This document shows, piece by piece, positions 18,801 through 29,235 of a DNA stretch of 64,000 nt. This DNA is from Flectonema sp. DT1601 (Eukaryota): contig OZ025806.1 of assembly GCA_964019425.1 (NCBI GenBank), forward strand, positions 620,001 to 684,000, given 5' to 3'. The stretch's first letter is position 1, and every line of letters starts with the position of its first letter. The notes under the pieces are model-generated. The model worked only from the letters and a program-made list of their open reading frames with translations, made no database searches and was not told where the DNA came from. Made by a program: the position numbers and the translations under genes.

Positions 18801-21450
18801 CTACTCCAAAGGGTATGAAGGTCGGAGGGTGTTCTATTGCTGGATTCTCGGGTTTCGAAGTGAGTGACGGCCCTCTCTGTGTCAAGGGCGTACCCGGGAC
18901 CGACTCCGGTTCCTGCCATCGTCCGGCAGAAGTTGTTATTGGGCCAGGAAGGTGCATGACGGCAGAGTCTGGAACAGACAGGGCGTCTTCGTTCGGCGTT
19001 ATCTCTCCACCGTGCGTAGCGATTGGATCAGTGGGCGATTCATGCGGCCTCAGCCCGGTCTCCGATATCTCTAAACCTCCGGCAGTGGATTTGGAAGGGC
19101 CAGGGGGCATAGGGACAGCAGCGGCTGGGTCGATCAATATGAATACATTCCGTCCGCCTATTGGCAGTGAAGGATTGCCTGTTTCTATTGTGGGTTCAAC
19201 CGGCGCTCCTTGCGGGCGAAAAGACGGTCTCGGCTCCGGCTCCGGTAACTCTAAACTTCCGGCAATGGATATGGTTGGGCCCGGAGGAGTAGGGACAGCG
19301 GTGACTGGAGCGGTCTGATCCGTCTCGGTTCGTTTAGCGGCTGGCGAGGAAGTTACGTCTACAGCTGATGCCGGATCAACCGGCGCTTCTAGAGGTCTGT
19401 TGAGTGGCAGTCTCAGCCCGGGCTCCGATACCTCTAAACCTCCGGCGATGGATGTGGTTGGGCCAGGAGGGGTCGGGGCAGCGGTGGCTGGAACGTACAA
19501 CGTGAACTCGTTCGGTCCAACGGCTGGCAAGGAGGCAGCTGGAGCGGACACTGGTGTGGCTGTCGGGTCGGGTCCTCCGTCGTCAGTCGTGTACGGTAAC
19601 GGGGTCGGCACTGGTGTTGATTCGTACTCACACGGCTCTCCGTCTTTGTGTAGTGGAATTGCGGCACTCGTAGCGGGTTCTGCGGGCAATCTTTGCGGAC
19701 TAGTCGACGGACTCGGCGAAGGCTCCGATATCCCTAAACCTCCGGCGATGGATATGGTTGGGCCAGGAGGGGTCGGGGCAGCGGTGGCTGGTTCAGTCGA
19801 TGTTTTCTCGTTTCTCCCTCCAGCTGGTAAGGAAGCCGTCGGAGCGGACACTGGTGTGGCTGTCGGGTCGGGTCCTCCGTCGTCAGTCGTGTACGGTAAC
19901 GGGGTCGGCGCTGGTGTTGATTCGTACTCACACGGCTCTCCGTCTTTGTGTAGTGGAATTGCGACACTCGTAGCGGGTTCTGCGGGCAATCCTTGCGGAC
20001 TAGTCGACGGACTCGGCACAGGCTCCGATATCCCTAAACCCCCGGCGATGGATATGGTTGGGCCAGGAGGGGTCGGGGCAGCGGTGACTGGTTCAGTCGA
20101 TGTTTTCTCGTTTCTCCCTCCAGCTGGTAAGGATGCCATCGGTGCGGACACTGGTGTGGCTGTCGGGTCGGATCCTCCGTCGTCAGTCGTGGTCGGTAAC
20201 GGGGCCTGCGCCGGCACTAGTTCGAGCTCTCTCGGCTCTCCGGCTTTGTGTAGTGGAGTTGTGAGGCTCATAGTGGGTTCGGCGGACACCCCTTGCGGAC
20301 TAGTCGAAGGACTCAGCACAGGCTCCGATACCTCTAAACCTCCGGCGGTAGATATGATTGGGCCAGGAGGTGTCGGGGCAGCGGTAGTTGGATCAATCGA
20401 TGCGGTCTCGTTCCGTCCTTCGGTTGACAGGGTAGCGGCTGGAACGGACACCGATGTAGCTATCGGAACGGGTCCTCCGTCGTCAGTCGTGGTCGGTTGC
20501 GGGGCCGGCACTGGTGTTGAATCGAACTCCCTCGGCACTCCAGCTTTGTGTTGTGGAGTTACAAGACTCGTTGCGGGTTCCTCTGGCTTCGTGGCCGGCC
20601 TGGTAACTGAATCCCCGTCGGGTTCCGCTGACCGGCCGATCCCTCCGGCATCCGGTGTGGTTGGGTCTGGAGTTGGATCCATAGGTTGTGGGGTCGATGC
20701 GGACAATGGCACGTCATCGGATGTGCTCGGTGCAGGCGGCATGTGTGGCGTGTGCGGCTTACTAGCGGATAACGCTGCCTGGTGTATGAGCGATGCTCCT
20801 CTTGCCCTGAGGGCTTCTGCAGTGCAGACCACCACTTGGGTTGAGACCCTCCTGGCATACAGGCCTGCAACCTCCCGTAGGGGTACTGTTGTGGCAATGG
20901 CTCGCAGCTGCGACAGTCGGCTCAGGGTCCTCACAGCTTGTGGGCCTAAACCTCCATAGACTTCAAGTGCAATCGGGGAAAAGTTTAATCCGAACTTTGC
21001 ACATAGGGCCGAGTATTTGCCTGACTTTGCGGCTTCTGCTTCACTGGCTGCTTGTCCCGGCTTGTTGTAGTTTCTAGAAGCCCCCGGGTTGACGATCGTC
21101 ACGTCAAAGGCCCGCCCGACCCCCTCGTTCAACCCTTGCGGACAGTACCAATCTGCGGGTCGCTGCTTGTTGTATCCAACGAGGTATTTGGGTTCCCTCA
21201 TCGTTGCCAAGCCCGCCGAACGACAGATGCCGATAAACTCTTCCCTTACTTTGTCATGCCTGCGGTGGATATCCCCTCCGTCAATGCATACAGAGGCGTG
21301 GTACCCGAATGCGTCCTGCGTCTTCTTGCAGGCACGGCAGGCCTCATCCTCTGAGAACAGGGCTGTCCCGAGACGTAATCCGCAGGCGATACGGAATATG
21401 TCGGAGCCTATGTAGCACTCCTCATCTGGACATTGTAAGAAAACGAACAT
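15811..21450 (-). CDS. 5'-truncated CRE-like non-LTR retrotransposon ORF: CCHC-RLE, P/T repeats, USP (C19) protease, 2x RNase H1 hybrid-binding domain, degenerate RNase H, acidic repeats, Cys-rich Zn finger
   Basis: RLE region: FRIACGLRLG, CRAC..HASVC, RRHD, REP..RPAD..DVT..AEAAKSGKY..LEVYGGLG. USP: GIQNLGDSCYMNAALQCL and GMIQH..SGHYVSY..WLKQDDS. Hybrid-binding domains: FYGVAEGRSPGVYTTWEE and WYAVVRGRKSGLYDCWRE. 1879 codons without a stop, and GC-rich relative to the host. Confidence 0.85.
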   Translation of the reverse strand: MFVFLQCPDEECYIGSDIFRIACGLRLGTALFSEDEACRACKKTQDAFGYHASVCIDGGDIHRRHDKVREEFIGICRSAGLATMREPKYLVGYNKQRPADWYCPQGLNEGVGRAFDVTIVNPGASRNYNKPGQAASEAEAAKSGKYSALCAKFGLNFSPIALEVYGGLGPQAVRTLSRLSQLRAIATTVPLREVAGLYARRVSTQVVVCTAEALRARGASLIHQAALSASKPHTPHMPPAPSTSDDVPLSASTPQPMDPTPDPTTPDAGGIGRSAEPDGDSVTRPATKPEEPATSLVTPQHKAGVPREFDSTPVPAPQPTTTDDGGPVPIATSVSVPAATLSTEGRNETASIDPTTAAPTPPGPIISTAGGLEVSEPVLSPSTSPQGVSAEPTMSLTTPLHKAGEPRELELVPAQAPLPTTTDDGGSDPTATPVSAPMASLPAGGRNEKTSTEPVTAAPTPPGPTISIAGGLGISEPVPSPSTSPQGLPAEPATSVAIPLHKDGEPCEYESTPAPTPLPYTTDDGGPDPTATPVSAPTASLPAGGRNEKTSTEPATAAPTPPGPTISIAGGLGISEPSPSPSTSPQRLPAEPATSAAIPLHKDGEPCEYESTPVPTPLPYTTDDGGPDPTATPVSAPAASLPAVGPNEFTLYVPATAAPTPPGPTTSIAGGLEVSEPGLRLPLNRPLEAPVDPASAVDVTSSPAAKRTETDQTAPVTAVPTPPGPTISIAGSLELPEPEPRPSFRPQGAPVEPTIETGNPSLPIGGRNVFILIDPAAAVPMPPGPSKSTAGGLEISETGLRPHESPTDPIATHGGEITPNEDALSVPDSAVMHLPGPITTSAGRWQEPESVPGTPLTQRGPSLTSKPENPAIEHPPTFIPFGVGLEGIQNLGDSCYMNAALQCLCKGMPLPECNKLPEHSADCVLCTLRELKRSGSVLAAKKIWEWMKPRCGPGQSEAEHALSELLEAIVEAGAPPVDFVSTVTQIRTCQVCEDIHTVRYRTPILRLEPDQKTASALDETTTSPTDFTCPSCKSCSAEIVTSVDEPARSLFLGFKEGHFGDTKPDEVTLPESFIDASSRLYTLTGMIQHVRFNEVSGHYVSYTTNGRGGWLKQDDSAEGIYTSKVTQVKPCVALYLRREQLPSSTQDPRRILAPSNRKPSFFYGVAEGRSPGVYTTWEETKREVHKYRGAVHQRFVLRESAQRFVERYNPPSGDTKVAPSPGSKWYAVVRGRKSGLYDCWREASSMVNEFTRSRYKAFNSRLEASLYWWDHMAGGPQQDSPRMCLFFASHRNLNTGRTGAAACLLDTQLHKLTASWGATLDTADLGLASYYAALKGIQKMSQQDRNATWSCRGNMNTWSATTRTGLAGAVPDTWSFLNTPNVANNCAQFKAEEVSSRDYCSLMDVLRRTSELEGELGLRLTKKPRSPDSDSQGESASVKKPKAEADHPPPAIADPDRSPTPSASPRSKKQWSPGSDSQDEPVSVKKSKTSAPEVAREDSVTSEGPPLVDNQRNPTVTTEIENVAPTASPVETAVATNVGQSKPEPKETDIPPPNASQELEDATASATPVTKPTDLPTEGSPLPSASLRTIVATIDPPEKGEHDASEDTVNTLKEEVYDAPGEQTDTLTGEVRDASEEPADILTEVEQDAAGELADTLAEEVRDTAEQPADILTEIEQDASGELADALDNEVCDTSEEPVDILTKEERDLSSPSSQLQAYDKETHTPPVARTLDLDSHNSSTEDPTPKTRRARSSPPRTGTSSSDVSTNDTEDTRPTCDHAPPLQKGPRVKCDFCHRLLQRKWFRSRCTKCQITTCRRCWTAGVETASRALDHPDSTPRHRRTRSCPSSNEKTKKKISPYSSADSGRTSLSPGKRLKDDR
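19060..20580 (-). repeat. Coding tandem repeats: ~4 units of 300 bp (100 aa) plus ~2 shorter 180-bp variants
   Basis: TTDDGGPDPTATPVSAP...PTPPGPTISIAGGLGISEP recurs at 300-bp intervals (e.g. 19430, 19730, 20030, 20330). Confidence 0.9.
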
Positions 21451-21462
21451 AACAATAAAATT

Positions 21463-21616
21463 CTAAGTGAGAAACACTTAGCAGAAACACTTAGCAGCTT
21501 TTAAGGAGCTGAAAAGCAAAAAAAGAATCTAAGTGAGAAACACTTAGTAGAAACAATTTGTAGCTAATTAAGCTGAAAATAAAAAAATAAAAAATTTCTA
21601 AGTGAGAAATACTTAG
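21463..21616. repeat. Three copies of the palindrome CTAAGTG-AGAAA-(C/T)ACTTAG
   Basis: Copies at 21463, 21529 and 21598. A further 11-bp perfect inverted repeat AACCTGTAATG..CATTACAGGTT lies at ~21646-21674. Confidence 0.75.
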
Positions 21617-22198
21617 CAACTTTTAGAACAAACATTTCAGTAAATAACCTGTAATGATTAAACCATTACAGGTTTGATGCCAAGACTGACAAGGACTGAG
21701 TTGAATTTACCGGGTGAGATTTGGACTGTTAGCTTTTGGCTAAGGCCCTCCCTGAAGAGCAAGAACAAAAAAACTACTCACACCTGAAGAAAACATACAC
21801 AAAGAACACACTGTAAGCTGTGTGTGTATTTTGTGTTTGTCACAACAGGAGAGAAAAGAAAGAATGTCAAGGTTGGTCACCTTGCCTATCAACGCACAAC
21901 ATTGGTGGTCTCTACTAGACCCTGAGTGATCCCACTGGATCTCTCATCGTTCATAGTACCCTGTGTGAAGTTATAAAATCAAAGGTAAACTATGAACTAC
22001 AAATGACTTAGCCTGTTATTATAATGCCACAGGCAGGCCATGCATTCAGCAACTATCCAGCAGTGCTTGGATGTCCTGATCTTCTTCTAAAAAAAAGAAA
22101 GAAAAACAAAACTGTAGCTGGGATCACTCAGGATCAACAGACTACCAATGCTACCTGTTGTACTTGCTCACTATGGGGGGTGATGCCAAACACCCAGA

Positions 22199-24307
22199 TG
22201 AGGCGATCGGCAGGGTGGAGGTGTTCACGATTTTTCACTTTGCTACACGAAAATTCACGATTTTTCACGATTTTTCACGATTATTCACTTAATTTTTTGC
22301 TGCTTTCTGGTAGTGAAATCCCGTGAAAATGTGTGAAAATGTGTGAATTCTAGTGAAAAAAGTGAGTGACATCCAGATGGTACCGTTGGTGCTGTGCAAT
22401 GTCAAACCTGTTCAGTTTGCCATACATGTCACTTTGACAACTAAATGGGCATCGCTTGTGCCCAGTGACCCATCACCCTTTCTGACCATCGCTTGTGGTG
22501 AGGTTCCGGACTTTGGACCGGCGCATCGCGTGTGCGGTGGGTTTAATCACTGAGGGGACTCATTCTCGTTCAGACTGTTCTGTTCTGTAACAACCCGACC
22601 ATGATCATTCAGCAAATATGAGATGTCAATTGTGGCTGCCTCTGACATGTCACGTGCAACCTCTGCCCAAAACTGGAGAAGTTGCCGCGGAGTGCGATGC
22701 TCCCGGGAGAATGAGATGAGACGTCTGAGCACACCATTCACAATACTATATTGTGCACACATGAACTCCATGATGTTGCCCATTTCCTCGTTACTGAGAG
22801 ACATCAGGTAAGCATATGCCCGCCTGCGACGATGAGAGTACTTGATGAGGCGCTTGTTGCGCTGCAAGAATGTGAGAATCCACCTGAGGAATGGAATACC
22901 TCGAAGCGGGCATGATAACACATAGCATGCAAATGCTAAGGTTCCGAAGCGCCCATTCGTAACCTTCTCTTTAAATGGGCACGCCCTAAAAGAGATGCGG
23001 TGCTTGTTGCGAAGCAAGTAAGCAAACGACCGATTCCCACGTATGAAGAAGCACAGTGTTACTATGAACGGAGGAAGTCACTGAGGCCAAAGTACTTCGC
23101 AATCCAGGAGGCAATGCAATGAACTCGGTGTGTAGGCTCCGGGATGAGGCAGATATTGCCATCTTGGTCAAATAATTTAAACCCCCTGTATTCTGATCCA
23201 CCCCGATCACTGAGCGCAGAGGTAATCGTGCAAGTTGACAGAGGTGGTGGTGCCAGATCAGTGATTAAGATTCCGAGCTGCTGGAAGTGGTGCAGCGCAC
23301 GTCGTAGTGTGTCACAGAATGATTTACTTTGAGCTTGGTGGCTCTGTGTCAGTCTGCATGCAAGACTATAGCATGCAGTCGTAGCTGTAGCAGCAGTGAT
23401 GTGTAGCGCTGACGAGTTTTCTGTCACAGATGTTGCGTCACTTACTAGGCAGAAGGTACTCTCCCGGTTGCGAATGAGAAACACACAATCCTGCACATAC
23501 AACCACCGGATCATCTCTCTTCGTGCAGCCCAATAACTGACGGAGTCAAGACCATGAAGCTGGCGGGTAAACTGCGGAATGCGGCGCATGGCGATGTGCT
23601 GCAAGAGGATCGGGACAACTGTACTTGGTGGCTGTGGGCGGAGGTCCCAGCAACAGTGTATTGCGATACACCGTCAACCTCACCAATCTTCTCATCGCAC
23701 CAGATCAGCATGCCATCCGTGCCAGCAACACGAGCCCTAACCTCCAAGTCATCTTCAACTTCTAGTCCCATACCACCCAATACATCTAACAGCTTTGATC
23801 TGCTAGTCACATACAGCAAGATCTCTGCTGGCAAGGAATCGCGAAGTTGCACTGTTACTCTTACGAGAGCCATGTGAATGCATTACCACAATAAACTTTA
23901 GAGAACGATAGGATTAACAAGCACCACCACTTCAACGATCACCACACATGCCTATCAACCCACCTGTGCTAGAATAGTTCAGCAACCACATGAAACTGTA
24001 ACAAGAGCTGGATTAAAGAGAAGTAGTATTAACAATAAACTGTAGAGAACGATAGGATTAACAAGCACCGATGACAACTACGAAGCAGTGCAGTTCAGGC
24101 CCCCCCTGAGTAGTTTTTTTTAACAAACCACAAATCTCAATATCAAAATTCACGAAAATTCACGATTATTCACGAAAATTCACGATTTTTCACCATGCTT
24201 TTTGGCAGTGAATTTTCGTGAATTTTCGTGATAGGTAGTGACAACTCGTGACAAACCGTGAAGGATCGTGAAAATTCGTGAAACCTCCACCCCTGCCGAT
24301 CGCCTCA
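22199..24307 (-). mobile_element. 2.1-kb TIR DNA transposon (TG...CA ends, 5-bp TSD CCAGA), defective
   Basis: TIRs TGAGGCGATCGGCAGGG(G)TGGAGG. CCAGA lies on both sides. Many subterminal TTCACGA motifs at 22225-22285 and 24149-24282. Confidence 0.85.
22547..23873 (-). pseudogene. Frameshifted hAT-like DDE transposase
   Basis: Three overlapping ORFs in different frames. Motifs FCLVSDATS (D1), ALSDRGGSE (D2), EPTHRVH (CxxH-like) and NGRFGT (TRW-like). The third acidic residue was not found. Confidence 0.55.
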
Positions 24308-24491
24308 CCAGAAGTACTAAACTGCTTTCCTTCTTGCTGCCCAGGAGTTTCTGACCAGAACTAATAGAAAATAAAAAGTAGATGGGAAACAATAAAAAGT
24401 AAAATGGATATAACTGAAGTTAAACAAGACAAATGAAGTAACAGACCAGAACAGAAAGAGGATTGTAATAGAAGATTACAAATAAAAAATT

Positions 24492-25194
24492 GTGTTGTGT
24501 TGTACTTCAAGTCCGAGGATAACGCATGCAGGATGGAAACCGCCATTAGGGGTGCAAGCGAGAAATATGATAATTCGGCTGTTCAGTCCTCAATTGTGGA
24601 AGAACCTGACCACACCTGCACCACGAGGGTATTTAAAGGACACTACAATAACGAAACTCCTTCTCCATCACGGGATAATTGGGGTACCTCAGCCATCGAA
24701 ATTCCTGATGAATCGCGATCAAAATCATACACTACAATCCTTAATCAAGAACGCGTTAAGAATGAATCAATCATCGATAGAATGCTATGAAAACTACAGT
24801 TGGAAGCCAATAGGCTGTCACATAAGGCCAAAAGCAAAATACCCAAAATCAGCGAAGGATTCAAGCAATTTTCTAATTATGGATGACACTCTACACCGAG
24901 CGTGGGATGACAACGTGCCTTCTGTCACTTTTTACTACGCCGAGAAGTCTTGGGAGGCAGGTTCCTACAAGCCTGTGGCTTGGAGCAATCTTTAAATCTC
25001 CTAAGATGGCATCATATTACGCCAAGATTATTTGATCTCCAATGCAAGATGGATGCACATTGACATTTACCATCAACCACAAGGATCCAAAGGCATTGAA
25101 AGAATATCTGGACTGGAGGCATGAGCAAAACAGCAGGAAGATGGGACTCAAAAGCGATGATGATGACGACGGTGACGACGACGATGATGAATGA
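24492..25194 (+). pseudogene. Decayed HNH (His-Me finger) endonuclease gene
   Basis: CHIRPKAKYPKSAKDSSNFLIMDDTLHRAWD. After a frameshift and an in-frame stop comes DPKALKEYLDWRH plus an acidic tail. Confidence 0.5.
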
Positions 25195-26101
25195 TACCGG
25201 CAACCCCGTACAGATAATCCAAGTAGATGAAAACCTTCTAGCACTTCACCATTCTTTTTAGAGAACTTCCTGAGCAGATTCTTCAATCTGCCGAGTTATA
25301 CATATAGTGTGTAAGCCATCTGGTTTCTTTTGATGTATATCTCTTTCGGATAACTTGTTAAGTTTCTTTCTTCACTGTTGGGCAGTGTTCAAAGGTTATG
25401 TCCTTGGTACAAAGTGTTGGAGTTCAGATTTGGCCCTATTAAGTAAATCAATTATTTCTCCACAGGAACCTAAAGAATATTTAAACGCGAGGTCAAGTGA
25501 TGTAAGGCAATTGTAGCTTCAGTTCTCAAGTAAGACAGGATGGAATACCTTTTTTCTGTTTCTTAGGTAAATAAATTTGCGGTGTCTTTCCTCAACTTCT
25601 TTTCAGTGGGGGGGTTTTTCTGCACCGCCTCATATGAAAGATTGGGTTCTTTTTGATTGGAATGTTCTCCGTCACCACATGAGAAGTTTAGGTTGATCTA
25701 CAGTGGCATTTCTGCCTTCCATTCGCACTTTATTAGCGTTTAGTTACTGTCTGTTTTAGTTCAACGAGTAGTTCAGGTGGTTGTCTGAAGATTCTGAGAA
25801 TGACTATTCCTTACTCAACAATATCAGTGTGTTGGAGTTTATTAAAGGAGATTTTAATTAGCTGAATTGAGCAGATGGTTGATAATTGTCGTTGGGTCAT
25901 TTGTGGTTTCCTTCTCTTTGGTATTATTTTCGTTTTTTACCTGGTAAGAAGTCGTATTATTAACATTCCCAACAGATGACATAAAATGGTATCCACATAG
26001 GATTTGAATCTAATTACTGTATTCGTAAGGAATTGTGTTCTGTTTTTTATCAGCTTAACTTCCCACCACAGCTTTCTCTACAAACCGTTAAAAACTCTAA
26101 C

Positions 26102-26371
26102 ATGACTGAACGCAAGGCAGTCATCAAGAATGCTGACATGTCGGAAGACATGCAGAGTGATGCTATCGACTGTGCCACCCAGGCACTAGAGAAGTTCAAC
26201 ATCGAGAAGGACATTGCCGCCTACATTAAAAAAGAATTTGACAAGAAGTACAACCCAACCTGGCATTGCATTGTTGGGAGAAACTTCGGATCGTATGTGA
26301 CTCATGAAACAAAGCATTTCATATACTTCTATCTGGGTCAGGTCGCCATCTTGTTGTTCAAGAGTGGATAG
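26102..26371 (+). CDS. DYNLL1: Dynein light chain LC8
   Basis: [18 protein letters not shown]...[42 protein letters not shown]. Confidence 0.98.
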   Translation: MTERKAVIKNADMSEDMQSDAIDCATQALEKFNIEKDIAAYIKKEFDKKYNPTWHCIVGRNFGSYVTHETKHFIYFYLGQVAILLFKSG

Positions 26372-27561
26372 GAATGGCGAGTACTTAAAGTGAACCCGAT
26401 TAACAGAAACATGAAACTCCAGCCGGGCATTTCCTTTCTTGATTATTTATTTTTTTTGTTTTAGATTTGGGAAGTTTTTCCCAGAAGCCCAGCTGAAAAG
26501 AAAAAAGAAAGAAATGGCTCCAGTGAGCAAACGCTTCGGTTCGCTGCCAAGTTTACGTAAAACCATATTGTATTACCAGGAACTTTTATCATATCAGGGG
26601 CTGCTGGCCTACAGATCTCTGGTCTATCTGTTTGTCGAGCTCCTGTTCTTGGCGTCGAGTGTTTGAGTTGCTATGTCCATTCAAGGAGCCGCAAAAAAAA
26701 AAAAAAAAAAGAAAAAAACAAGAGAGAGAAGATAATATACTAAGGAAAAGAAAAAAAAAGAAAAAAAAAAAACAAATAACAAGTGAGAGAAGGAGTGATA
26801 AGTTAGGTAGCAAAGTAACCCATCCCGTGATGTGCTTCGTTTTCATAGGCATTTCACCTAAGCTATGAGGAGACTGTCAGCACACGTAGTTCCCCTCGTT
26901 CCTATCGTCCGTCGTTTTCTTTTCTTGTCGATTATACCATTGGTAAGGGAATAAAAAAAGGAAAATGGTTGCGTCCTGGGTAAGGAACATATACAACAAA
27001 AAAAAACAAAACAAAAATAATAGAAAAAAAAACAAAAAAAAAAAACAAAAAAACCAGAGAGCGGTAAAGAAACAAAGGACTGCTTCCTAGCCACACCCCT
27101 CCACCTCCGCACATATTTTCTTTCTTTTCTTTTGGGTTCATTTTTTTTTCCTTTTTTTTTTTCCTTTTAATGGTTAAGGCCTTTTAATTTTTCTTTTGAT
27201 GACACCGGCTGGTCTTATCGGCACTAACATTGAAAGCAGGAAGACAGCAAAGACACCAGCTTTCCTCAGCAATCCAAATATCTAATTCGTACCTCATTTT
27301 GTTGTGAACTTAATGTGTTTTGTGCAGGCAGGTGTCATCCATTCCCACCCGTTTTCTTTTTCTCTTCTTCACCCTTTCTAAATTATGTATAGCTACTTCT
27401 GATAATCGTATTTAATATTGTGATTTAACTCTTTTTATCTTTCATAGAGAACAGAACAAATATAATCCATACAGTGTATTCCATGTGAAGAACTTTCTAA
27501 CTGGTGGTCTTATAACGTAACTAATATCTAAATTAAGTAGGAGTATCTGATATTCACAAAT

Positions 27562-29079
27562 ATGGATGGCGGGGTAGCAGATCCAAATGATTATTCGAGT
27601 CTGAAAGTTCATCCAGGAACGGGACTCGACCTGATTGACATCCCCGCTGAGTATGAATCAGAATTTCCAGCGTCGATGCAAGGATCGATTATGCATTGGT
27701 TTTCAAATGTAAAATCAGTTACAAAGAAGGACACAGGCAGAAATCGATTTCTTCTTATAACTGATAACAGTATTTTTATCCTCAAGACTGGGGGGGTGAC
27801 TGATCGATCGAATCCTGTGGCAGAACTGAGGGAAGTTTTAACTTCCCGCGACAATGACATTGGAATCCGGTTCCAAGATAGTCCTACTCGGTACGATATA
27901 ATGGTTATAACAACCGCACATGAACGTGATAAGATCCTCGCTATACTTAAGAAGCTGTACACATTTCATGTTGGAAGCTCGCTTCCCCACAGGGTATGTG
28001 ATCTCTTTGTTTTTTTAAATCCTAGGAAGAAAACACATGTTTTCGTCATTGGATTTAGGTCGCAGAAATGACAATAAATAAACAAACAGCACATGGATCC
28101 AGCGTCACTCAGTGATACCCTGCTACTTCGAAAACCGGAAGGTTGGAAGTTGAAAGTTGAACCGCTAATTACGAAGAAAGTTTTAATGCAAAAAATGGCT
28201 CAGCAGCAGGAGGAATTTGCGAATGAAAAGAATCAACTTAACGAGGAGCTTGTTAGAATTGAAGGGAAGATCACAAGACAATTCGAACAGCAGATATCTC
28301 AAAGGAATGAAGAATTCGCAAATTTTAAAGTCGAATATCAAAACTTACAAATGGCTCACAACAATCTAGTTATTCAATATGATGCTATGGCTCAAGACAT
28401 TGATGCCTATGTGGAGTTACTAAACTCTAAGGATGAAGAAATTGAGCGTTTCAAGGCTGGTGATCATCCCCGCATTCGCGAACTGGAGCACCAGGTAGAA
28501 AAACTTCAACTTCAAAAAGAAATTGAGGATGTAAAATATCGAGGAGACACTACAAAAGAAATTCAAGTAAAGGACCAAGAAATCAGATTCCAGGGCGACC
28601 TCATCCGCCAGAGAGAACAAACCGAACAGCAGCTTACTGGCGAAGTTCGGAGGAGAGAAGAAGAGCTGCAATCAGCAGATCAGGCCCTGAGAGAAAAAGA
28701 TAACTTGTTGCATTCAAAACAACTTGAATTAGAAGAAAAAGAGAAAAAACTGGCGGAAAAGGAACGGGAACTCCGGTACACGAAAAGCTTAATGCGATCG
28801 TCGTTTAAAAAACAAGTTGCTGAGTTGGATTTAATACGCAGTCAGTTTCAGCAATACGACGATCAGATAATTGGTTACATTACTAAAATATTTTCAACTC
28901 CTCCTGTTCCTGGTCCAGGTGGGTCTCTCAATGGATTAGATCAAATAACAAAACCTGCTTTTACCTCCCCTCCGCCTCCAGGACCGACACAGAATTACAA
29001 TACGAACGCTCCTCAAATGCAATTCTCTCACTACCCGCCTGCTGGAGGATCGGCAGCTTCTCAATCAGTTTTTCAATAA
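27562..29079 (+). CDS. PH-like (myosin TH1-like) domain plus coiled-coil protein; one intron at 27994-28089
   Basis: A phase-0 GTATGT...ACAG intron joins ORFs 27562 and 28093 in frame. RFLLITDNSIFIL motif and a long E/Q/K coiled coil. Confidence 0.75.
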
Positions 29080-29194
29080 AGCGGTAAGTTTGTATCGGTC
29101 GTTCACTAATCTGTTGTTTGAATGACAAGTTAAATATTAAATCTGATTTCATTATTGTTCATTGTACTGCTTTTAGTTATGGATTGCGTGTTCT

Positions 29195-29235
<41 letters not shown>

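Noticed and set aside
19400..20959. 519-aa plus-strand ORF and other antisense ORFs over 15.8-21.4 kb and 5.4-8.8 kb
   Set aside because: These are shadow frames of GC-rich or repetitive retroelement ORFs with no independent motifs.
15700..21700. Spliced-leader RNA gene as the CRE target site
   Set aside because: No SL exon-like sequence was recognised at either end of the CRE-like ORF.
1..25300. Telomeric repeats marking a chromosome end
   Set aside because: No TTAGGG-type arrays were seen, so a subtelomeric location cannot be supported from this window.
25200..26000. Minus-strand coding remnant
   Set aside because: The part I translated gives only short frames broken by stops, with no recognisable motif.
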